From positions 1 to 64,000 of the forward strand of contig CAWBMV010000007.1 of the NCBI GenBank assembly GCA_963789955.1: a stretch of DNA of 64,000 nucleotides, written 5' to 3'. Made by a program: the position numbers and the translations under genes. Below are positions 56,214-64,000 of the stretch, in pieces (within the stretch, counting starts at the first letter, position 1; each line of letters opens with the position of its first letter). This DNA comes from an uncultured Candidatus Rokubacteria bacterium. Lineage in GTDB: Bacteria; Methylomirabilota; Methylomirabilia; Rokubacteriales; CSP1-6. Under the pieces are notes generated by a model. It made no database searches. It saw only the letters and a list, made by a program, of their open reading frames with translations, and was not told where the DNA came from.

Positions 56214-57154
56214 TCGCCGGCGTCGCCGTGGCCATCGTGCAGATCCTGATCGTGGGAGCCGGAGCGCCTCTGCTGGTCGGCACGCTCCGGACACTCAAGG
56301 CACGGCTCATGGGTCGTCGCGGGCCGAGCCCATGGCAGCCCTATGCCGACCTTCGCAAGCTGCTCGCGAAAGAAGCGGTCGTCTCCACGACGACCTCGTG
56401 GGTGTTCCGCGCGACGCCATACATCCTCGTGGCGACCTTGCTGGTGGCGGCGCTCATCGTGCCGGTCGTGACGACGCGGCCGCCGCTGGCGTTCGCGGGC
56501 AATGTCATCCTGCTCGTCTATCTCTTCATGCTCGGCACGTTCTTTCTCGCGCTGGCCGGATTGGACGCGGGCAGTGCATTCGGGGGAATGGGCGCGAGCC
56601 GGGAGGTGGCGGTCGCCGCGCTCGCCGAGCCGACGGTCATCATCGCGGTGTTCGCGCTCGCGCTGCGCGCGGGCACGATCGACCTCGGCCGCGTCGTCGA
56701 GCGCTTCGGTGGCGAGCCGTGGCTGGCGGCCAACCCCGCGCACCTTCTCGCGTTCGCCGCGTTCTTCATCGTCATGCTCGCCGAGACCGGGAGGCTTCCG
56801 GTCGACAACCCGGCGACGCACCTCGAGCTGACCATGATCCACGAGGCGATGGTGCTCGAGTACTCCGGCCGCTATCTGGCGCTCGTCGAGTGGGCGTCGG
56901 CGATGAAGCTGTTCGTGTTCATGACCTTGCTGGCAAACCTCTTCGTCCCGTGGGGCCTGACGGAGCCAACGGGTCTCGTTCCGGTGCTCCTGGGTGTCAT
57001 GGCGCTGGCCGCCAAGCTCGCCGTACTCACGGCGGCCGTCGCGTTGCTCGAGACGGCGGTGGCCAAGCTGAGATTGTTCCGGGTTCCCGAGCTGCTGGCG
57101 GGATCGTTCGCGCTCGCCTTTCTCTCGCTCATGGCGGTCTTCCTCGTTCGATGA
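56210..57154 (+). CDS. HyfC/HycD (NuoH-like) subunit
   Basis: GRRGP..QPYADLRKL, GASRE, ETGRLPVD, EAMVLEYSG. Confidence 0.9.
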   Translation: MIAGVAVAIVQILIVGAGAPLLVGTLRTLKARLMGRRGPSPWQPYADLRKLLAKEAVVSTTTSWVFRATPYILVATLLVAALIVPVVTTRPPLAFAGNVILLVYLFMLGTFFLALAGLDAGSAFGGMGASREVAVAALAEPTVIIAVFALALRAGTIDLGRVVERFGGEPWLAANPAHLLAFAAFFIVMLAETGRLPVDNPATHLELTMIHEAMVLEYSGRYLALVEWASAMKLFVFMTLLANLFVPWGLTEPTGLVPVLLGVMALAAKLAVLTAAVALLETAVAKLRLFRVPELLAGSFALAFLSLMAVFLVR

Positions 57155-57793
57155 CGACCGCGTCGAACCTCCTGGCGTTCCTGGGACTGGTGGTCACCCT
57201 GCTGATCGTGTGGCGGCAGAGCTGGCCGGCGCGGCTCCGGCTCTTCGCCGCCCAATCGCTCCTGCTGGCAGCCCTGGCGAGCACCGTCGGCGTGCTGGCG
57301 CAGCGCCGCGGTCTCCTGCTGGTGGCGGTCGTCGTCGTCATCGTCAAGGGGGTGGTGATCCCGCGCGTGCTCGGGCGGATCGGATCGGGGGCTCCCGTGC
57401 GCCCGATCGCGCCCGGCCGGTCCTCCGGAATCACGCTCCTGGTCGCGGGCGGCCTCGTCGTCGCGGCCTACGTCATCATGCTGCCGGTCACCACGGCCGT
57501 GGAGCTGCCGACCGAGGGAGCCATCCCCCTGGCGTTCGCGATGGCGCTGATCGGCCTCGCGCTGTGCGTCACCGGTCGCGATGCGCTGGGCCACATCCTC
57601 GGGCTTCCTGGTCTTCGAGAACGGGATCTTCGGTCTGGCGATCCTGGCGACCTACGGCCTGCCCGGCATCGTGGAGGCCGGCGTCTTTCTCGACGTGCTG
57701 GTGATCGTGCTCATCATGGAAGCCGTCGTCGTCCAGGTGCGTCGCGAGCACGACTCGATCGACGTCGACCGTCTGCGGGAGCTTCGCGGATGA
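57151..57793 (+). CDS. HyfE-like subunit (frameshift near 57600)
   Basis: QSLLLA, VKGVVIP, GFLVFENGI, ELRG C-terminus. Confidence 0.85.
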
Positions 57794-59223
57794 TCCTGGC
57801 CGCCATCCTCGGCGATCCCCCTCGTCGGCGCCGCGCTCTCGTGGCGTGCGAGCGGTCGCTGCGCGACGCGCTTCACGCGGTGACGTCGGTGCTGACGCTG
57901 GCGGGAGCCCTCACGGTCACGGTGACGGTGAATCGCGGTGAGCCCTGGTGGCGTTCGACGGGTTCCTTCGCGCCGACGCGCTCTCGGCGTGGATGATCGC
58001 GCTCATCGGTATCGTCGGCGCGCTCGCCGCGTCGGAGGCGCCGCGCTACGTCGCGCCCACGACGTCGGGCCGCTTCTATTCACTCTTCCACCTGTTCGTG
58101 TTCACGATGCTGCTGGCGGTCTCCACCGACGACGTCGGGCTCATGTGGGTGGCCGTCGAGGGCACGACCCTCGCGTCGGTGTTCCTCGTCAACTTCGAGC
58201 GGACGCGCGCGTCGCTCGAGGCGTCCTACAAGTACCTGCTGATCTGCTCGGTGGGCATCGCCATCGCGTTCCTGGGGACGGTGCTCGTGTACTTCGCGGG
58301 CATCGCAGCAGTTCGGCGACGAGGTCCACGCGCTTCGCTGGACGACGCTCTTGCGGCTCGCGCCCGGTCTCTCGCCGCGGGTCATCGAGCTCGCGTTCGT
58401 GTTCCTCGTGGTCGGGTACGGCACCAAGGCCGGCCTCGCGCCGATGCACACGTGGCTGCCCGACGCCCACAGCGAGGCGCCGGCGCCGGTGAGCGCGCTC
58501 ATGTCGGGCGTGCTGCTGAGCGTCGGCGTGTACGCGATCCTGCGATTCAAGCCGGCCGTGGACATCGCGGCCGGGCCCGGATTCGCGCGCGGCATCATGC
58601 TGGCGCTGGGCCTGCTGTCGGTCGCGGTGGCCGCCGCGTTCCTGTGGACGTCGCCCAACTACAAGCGCATGCTCGCGTACTCGAGCGTCGAGCACATCGG
58701 CCTGGTGTGCCTCGGTCTCGGCTTCGGCGGAACACTCGGCACCTCCGGCGCGCTCCTTCACATCGCCAATCACGCCCTGGCGAAGTCGATCGGCTTCCTG
58801 CTCACCGGTCGTATCCGCGCCGCGTACGGCTCGGCCGAGATCGCCGCCGTCGGCGGCCTGATGCGGGATATGCCGCGGACCGGCACGGCCTTCCTGGCGA
58901 CGATGCTCGCGCTCGTCGGCTTGCCGCCGTTCGGACTGTTCGTCAGCGAGGTGATGATCTTCGCCGCCGGCTTCGCCCAGGGGTTTCCCTTCGTCACGGG
59001 CGCCGCGCTCTTCCTGCTCGTCATCGCCTTCGCGGGCCTCCTCCGCGGAGTCCACGCGATCTGTACGGACCATCGGCGGGCGAGCCGGCCGTCGAGGCCG
59101 CCGGATGGCGCCCGGCGTTCCCATTGGCCGCCACGCTTCGCTCTGCTGCTGCTCACCGGGATCGCGTGGCCGCCGGGTCTCGGCGCGGCCCTCGACCGCA
59201 TCGTCGCGATCGTGATGCCCTGA
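57790..59223 (+). CDS. HyfF-like antiporter subunit (frameshifted)
   Basis: WVAVEGTTL, EASYKY, GTKAGLAPMHTWLPDAHSEAP, KRMLAYSSVEH. Confidence 0.88.
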
Positions 59224-59224
59224 G

Positions 59225-60816
59225 ATGCCGACCGCGATACTCACGGTGGATGCGCTGCAACACGCCGTCGTGCGGGCCGGCGCCACAAGCGTCGCCGCGT
59301 CGACCACGAGCGCGAATCCAGTGCCGGTTGCCGGCCTGGGAGATTCCCGCGCTCGCCGACGGTCTGGCGCCGCTCGGCGCCCGCTGCCAGTTCCTCGCTG
59401 CCGCGGACACACGCGCTCACCGGCGGCGACTACACGCTCGGTCTACGTCTTCGCGCCGCCGCAGCTGGCGCCGTCGGTGACGGTGCTCGTCGCAGTCCCC
59501 GGCGGCGGTGGCGCGCTTCGCCTCGCTCGCGACACGCTCGTTCGCGGCGAGCCGCTTCGAGCGCGAGATTCACGACCTGTTCGGCCTGGTCCCGGAGGGA
59601 CATCCGGATCTCCGGCGCCTCGCGCTCCATCAATACTGGCCGGACGGATATCACCCGTTGCGCCGCGACGTCGTGCCGCGTACGGACTTCGTCGACGCCG
59701 GCGAGCCGTTTCCCTTCCGGCACGTCGAGGGCGAGGGCATCTTCGAGATCACGGTGGGCCCGGTCCATGCCGGGATCATCGAGCCCGGCCACTTCCGCTT
59801 CAGCGTCGAGGGCGAGACGATCGTGAACCTCGAGACGCGACTCGGCTTCGTCCACAAGGGCACCGAAAAGCTCTTCGAGGGCCTCGCCTTCGACCAGGCG
59901 CCCGCGCTCGCCGAACGCATCTCGGGCGACACGAGCGTCGGCCACGTCCTCGCCTACTGTCAGGCGCTCGAGACGCTCGCCGGCTGCACCGTGCCGCTTC
60001 GAGCGCACCGGCTACGCGTCGTCCTGCTGGAGCTCGAGCGGATCTACAACCACGTCGGCGACGTGGGCATGATCGTCAACGACACCGGGTTCAGCTTCGG
60101 CCACTCGCACTGCTTCCGGATCCGCGAAGAGCTCCTCCGGCTCAACGAGCGCCTGACCGGGCATCGGCTGCTCCGCGGCGCGGTGGTGCCGGGCGGCGTG
60201 ACCGGGCCGATCGCGACGGCGTCGCTGGCCCAGGCGGCGGCGAGGATCGACGATCTGGTCGCCGAGTTCGCGGCGGTGCTGCGGCTCTGCCTCGACAACA
60301 CGACGGTGCTCGAGCGGCTCCAGGGTACGGGACGACTGACCTCGCAGACGGCGACCGAGATGCAGGTGGTCGGGTTGGTCGGACGGGCGAGTGGGATCGA
60401 CGCCGACGTGCGGCGCGACGCACCCTTCGCGGCGTACGGCGAGAACGGGGTGCACGTGTCGGTCTACGGAACGGGAGACGTCTGGGCGCGGACGATGGTG
60501 CGCCTGGACGAGGCGCGCGAGGCGGCGCGCCTCATTCGCGAGGTCACGGCGCGTGACGCCGACGGCGTCGCGGCGGCCCCGATCCCGCCGCTCACCGCGG
60601 GCGCCCACGCGTTCGGCCTCGTCGAGGCGTGGCGAGGACCCGATCTGGCATTGGGTGGTGGCCGACGGCCCCACGACGCTCGGCCGCGTGAAGGTCGTCG
60701 ATCCGTCCTTCCGCAACTGGCCCGCGCTCGAATACGCGGTGCTGAAGAACATCGTCCCGGACTTTCCCCTCTGCAACAAGTCCTTCAACCTCTCCTATTC
60801 CGGGAACGACCTGTAG
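59225..60816 (+). CDS. Ehr large subunit (HyfG/NuoCD-like, no Ni-binding cysteines; frameshifted)
   Basis: EREIHDLFG, GPVHAGIIEPGHFRF, ERISGD instead of RxCxxC, C-terminal NKSFNLSYSGNDL instead of DPCxxC. Confidence 0.88.
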
Positions 60817-61418
60817 GAGCTCGACGCGCTACGGCGGGCGCGCGCCGAGAAGCGGCGCATGTCGGCCATCTCGGATCGGCCCTCGGCTTCGATCACGAAG
60901 CCGGCCGGCTTCCACCGCGCGCTCGGTGTCACGATTCGGGCGGCAGCCACCGCTGGCCCACGTCCAGAGCGGCTGCACGCGGTCCTGGAACGCCGCCTTC
61001 CACGCGCGGCGAGAGCGGACGTGCTCGAGCATGCGCAATCGACCGTCGGGCCGCAGCACGCGCTTGACCTCGGCGAGCCCGCGCGCGGGGTCGGCCACGA
61101 CTGCAGAAGACCAGGCTCGCGACCACGGTGTCGAACGTGCCGTCGCGGAACGGCAGCGCCTCGGCGCTCCCCTGCACGAGCGGCACCCCCGGCCCGCGCC
61201 GCCGCGCGCGCACGGAGCGAATCCCACGCCGGATCGAGGCCGATCACGCGAACGCCCGCGCCGTACAGCGGCAGGCCGCGCCCCGTTCCGCACCCGACGT
61301 CGAGCGTTCGCCCGCGCGCGCCGCTCGCCAGCCATCGGCGCCACTCCGCGAGGCCCGTGCGCTCCAGCACCGCGCAGAGCCCGTCGTAGAACCACGGGAT
61401 CTGCTCGAGGCCGCGCAC
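60795..61418 (-). CDS. Class I SAM-dependent methyltransferase (frameshifted)
   Basis: LDVGCGTG, AEALPFRDGTFDTV, RVLRPDG, GGC..NRDT across frames. Confidence 0.85.
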   Translation of the reverse strand: MRGLEQIPWFYDGLCAVLERTGLAEWRRWLASGARGRTLDVGCGTGRGLPLYGAGVRVIGLDPAWDSLRARAAARAGGAARAGERRGAAVPRRHVRHRGREPGLLQSWPTPRAGSPRSSACCGPTVDCACSSTSALAARGRRRSRTACSRSGRGPAVAAARIVTPSARWKPAGFVIEAEGRSEMADMRRFSARARRSASSSYRSFPE

Positions 61419-62582
61419 TCAGGCCTCCGGAAAGATCACGAGGGCGCCCGTGTAGTTGTGGAAGAAGTTCCGCCGGCCGATCGGCGCGAATTCGCCGTTG
61501 CCGAAGAACCCCACGAGCGGAAACTCGCCGAGCCGCTCGCGGATCAGGCTCACGTCGTGGTCGGGGACGCCGTAGAGTCCGCGACCGCGGCCGGCGCAGT
61601 CGAAGTAGCAGCCGAAGGCCGGCCGCCGACCGTGGAGGCGCTCGGCCAGCTCGTCGAGCATCTCGCGCAGATCCTGACGTGACGCCTCGGCGTCGCGAAT
61701 CTGGAACTGCAACGTCTGCCCGATCCGCACGCGCTCGGCGACGGCGACCGCGCCGCTCGATTGATCCGCGCCGACGAGATTGCGCACGAGGAAGTCGCCG
61801 CGCTCGAGCGGCGACTTGGCAGGATCCATCGCCAGCCCGGCGAACACGCCGGCGTGGCGGATGCGCGCTTGCGTGTCGGGATTCGCGCGGATGGCTTCCG
61901 TGAGCATCTCGAGCGCCGGGCGGCTGCCGATCCGCTGGATCACGTTGCCCTCGGCGTGCGTGATGACGTAGGGCTCGCCGATCGGCGTGCAGCCCTGCGT
62001 GACGCCGATCACCGGCGCGAGCCCGGAGAGCGCGACGCCGACCAGCGCGCCCTCCATCGCGTCGGTGTTGTAGAGCTCGAACATCGGCGAGCCCGCGGCG
62101 ACCGCGCCGAGCACCGGCACGAAGCCGAGCGCGTCGTGAAGCTGGCCGAGGAGCGCCGGCGGATTGCAGCCCATCGCGTCCGGCAGCACGAGCACGCAGC
62201 CGCCCTCGGCGACGGTCGGGCCGATACGCTGGGCGAGCTCGGTGCCGAGATCGCGCTGCTCGCCCTGCCGCTCGAACGAGAACGGCGTCGCCACCAGGCG
62301 CTCGCAGCGCACCGCGAGGACCGCGACGGCCAGATCGTCCTCGACTTCGCGCCGCTCGGTGAGGATGCCGGTTCCGCTGCACCCCAGCACGACGGGCGCG
62401 CCGGTCACGCGGCGGACGGCGTGCAGCGCCTCGTGGGCGCGCGTGTGCGCGTCGCCGGTGACGAAGACCAGCGCGAGGTCGGCGCGATCGGCTCCGCTCC
62501 GCTCGAGGGCTTCGAGCGAGGCCTCGAGCGCGGCGTTGTCGGCCGCGCCGCCGACGGCGATCCCCGTTCCCGCGGCGATCAT
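61419..62582 (-). CDS. FIST N/C domain protein
   Basis: LGCSG.G, TQGCTPIG, FDCAGRG, GFFGNGE, HNYT. Confidence 0.9.
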   Translation of the reverse strand: MIAAGTGIAVGGAADNAALEASLEALERSGADRADLALVFVTGDAHTRAHEALHAVRRVTGAPVVLGCSGTGILTERREVEDDLAVAVLAVRCERLVATPFSFERQGEQRDLGTELAQRIGPTVAEGGCVLVLPDAMGCNPPALLGQLHDALGFVPVLGAVAAGSPMFELYNTDAMEGALVGVALSGLAPVIGVTQGCTPIGEPYVITHAEGNVIQRIGSRPALEMLTEAIRANPDTQARIRHAGVFAGLAMDPAKSPLERGDFLVRNLVGADQSSGAVAVAERVRIGQTLQFQIRDAEASRQDLREMLDELAERLHGRRPAFGCYFDCAGRGRGLYGVPDHDVSLIRERLGEFPLVGFFGNGEFAPIGRRNFFHNYTGALVIFPEA

Positions 62583-62623
62583 GCCTGGACTCTAACATCT
62601 TTGCTGCTACACTTTTTGGCGCC

Positions 62624-63484
62624 ATGGGCCTCAGGATCACGCAGGTCGACGCGTTCACCGACACGCCGTTCGCGGGCAATCCCGCCGCGGTGTGCCTGCT
62701 GCAGGCACCTCGGGACGAGGGCTGGATGCAGAGCGTGGCGCGCGAGATGAATCTCTCCGAGACGGCGTTTCTGGTGCGCACGGCCGACGGCTACGATCTT
62801 CGGTGGTTCACGCCGTCGGTCGAGGTCGCGCTGTGCGGCCACGCGACCCTGGCGAGCGCCCACGTCCTCTGGGAGGACGGACACCTGCCGTCGGCCCGGC
62901 AGGCGCGCTTTCACACGAAGAGCGGCCTGCTCACCGGAGATCGCGCGGGCGAGTGGATCGAGCTCGACTTCCCGGCCAAACGCGAAGAGCCGGCGCCCGC
63001 GCCGGCCGGTCTCGCCGAGGCGCTCGGCGTGACGCCGAAGTACGTCGGCAAGAATCAGTTCGACTACCTCGTCGAGGTCGACGGCGAAGTCACCGTGCGG
63101 CGTCTCACGCCGAATCACGCGATGCTCGCGACCCTGCCGGTGCGCGGCGTCATCGTCACGAGCCGCGCGGACTCCGCCGGCTACGACTTCGTCTCGCGGT
63201 TTTTCGCGCCGGGCTCCGGCGTGCCGGAAGATCCCGTGACGGGCTCGGCCCACTGCGCGCTCGGGCCGTACTGGCAGTCCCGCCTCGGCAAGAGCGATTT
63301 CGTCGCCTATCAGGCCTCGCCGCGCGGCGGCGTCGTGCGCGTGCGGGTCGCGGGCGATCGTGTGAAGCTCGGCGGCCAGGCGGTCACCGTTCTTCGCGGC
63401 GAGCTGCTCTCACGCCTAGGCGCGGTCGAGCGGCGCCCGCCCGCGTCAGCGAAGTCGGCTCACAGCCGATACAGCATCCAGTAG
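62624..63484 (+). CDS. PhzF-family isomerase/epimerase
   Basis: VDAFT..PFAGNPAAV, NLSETAF, LCGHATLA, EDPVTGSAH. Confidence 0.93.
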   Translation: MGLRITQVDAFTDTPFAGNPAAVCLLQAPRDEGWMQSVAREMNLSETAFLVRTADGYDLRWFTPSVEVALCGHATLASAHVLWEDGHLPSARQARFHTKSGLLTGDRAGEWIELDFPAKREEPAPAPAGLAEALGVTPKYVGKNQFDYLVEVDGEVTVRRLTPNHAMLATLPVRGVIVTSRADSAGYDFVSRFFAPGSGVPEDPVTGSAHCALGPYWQSRLGKSDFVAYQASPRGGVVRVRVAGDRVKLGGQAVTVLRGELLSRLGAVERRPPASAKSAHSRYSIQ

Positions 63485-63987
63485 ACGAGCACGCCGGTCA
63501 CCGACACGTAGAGCCAGATCGGAAGCGTCCAGCGCGCGATGCGCACGTGTCGTCCGAACTGTCCCCGGAGCGCCCGGTAGACCGTCGTGAGCGCCAGCGG
63601 AACGATCGCCGCGGCGAGGACGATGTGCGAGAGCAGCATCGGGAAGTACACGAGTCGGATCCAGCCCTCGGCCGTGAAGCGACGCGAGCCCGCGAGCGAG
63701 TGGTAGGTCACGTAGGACACGAGAAACAGGATCGAGACCACGAGCGCCGACACCATGCACACCTTGTGGGCGGTCACGCGCCGGCTTCGGATGAACACCC
63801 AGCCGGCGCTGAGCAGCGCGGCGCTCGTCGCGTTGAGGCACGCGTTGAGCAGCGGCAACGCGGCCACCAGCGCGCCGGCTCCGGGCTCCGGCCGGTGGCC
63901 GAGCAAGAGATAGGCGACGACCAGCACGATCACGAGCGAGACACCGCCGATCGCGGCGAGCGCCGGCCGATCCTCCGTCGTCGTCAC
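63460..63987 (-). CDS. DUF420 membrane protein
   Basis: LNACLNA, HK.CM, FLVSY..YH, H.RIARWT.PIWLYVSVTGV. Confidence 0.9.
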   Translation of the reverse strand: MTTTEDRPALAAIGGVSLVIVLVVAYLLLGHRPEPGAGALVAALPLLNACLNATSAALLSAGWVFIRSRRVTAHKVCMVSALVVSILFLVSYVTYHSLAGSRRFTAEGWIRLVYFPMLLSHIVLAAAIVPLALTTVYRALRGQFGRHVRIARWTLPIWLYVSVTGVLVYWMLYRL

Positions 63988-64000
63988 AGCGAGGTCACGA

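Noticed and set aside
54239..57154. 971-aa HyfB-HyfC fusion
   Set aside because: Frameshift near 55760; the real HyfB tail is in ORF 55758-56213 and HyfC starts at an overlapping GTGA.
1..64000. Numerous single-base frameshifts as pseudogenes or programmed frameshifting
   Set aside because: They hit conserved housekeeping-type genes (lexA, ligase, nucleotidyltransferase) at scattered positions with no common slippery motif; most likely sequencing indels.
1..64000. CRISPR arrays, IS elements, integrases, rRNA, defence systems
   Set aside because: No repeat-spacer periodicity and no transposase, integrase or cas motifs were seen.

Overview
GC-rich bacterial DNA. The gene style suggests Ca. 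Rokubacteria/Methylomirabilota, which is an inference only. Many single-base frameshifts are present and are probably long-read errors. A tRNA-Gly(CCC) at 37274-37348 splits the window. Left (1-37.2 kb) is an accessory stress/dormancy-type region: cyclic beta-1,2-glucan synthase, three USPs, Hsp20-archease-RtcB, CapA, NadE, two DUF2267 genes, DUF3175, yhiI-rbbA-yhhJ, a P-type ATPase, cytochromes c, two catalytically dead HtrA paralogs and many internally deleted gene relics. Most of its transcription units are preceded by sigma54 -24/-12 promoters, and these recur with a TGGGG-N8-CCCCA-type palindrome about 51-63 bp upstream. Right (37.4-64 kb) is core-like: peptide-binding protein, probable CC-adding enzyme, KaiC-like ATPase, ATP-dependent ligase, HD-GYP, lexA with a candidate operator and an uncalled small membrane ORF, a Tat-Ada-Zn fusion, glgA, an NtrC-type two-component system, DedA, RRM protein, an ArsR-Ehr operon, FIST, PhzF and DUF420. 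Best candidate for a new system: a sigma54/enhancer-controlled regulon whose gene content parallels the mycobacterial DosR dormancy regulon.
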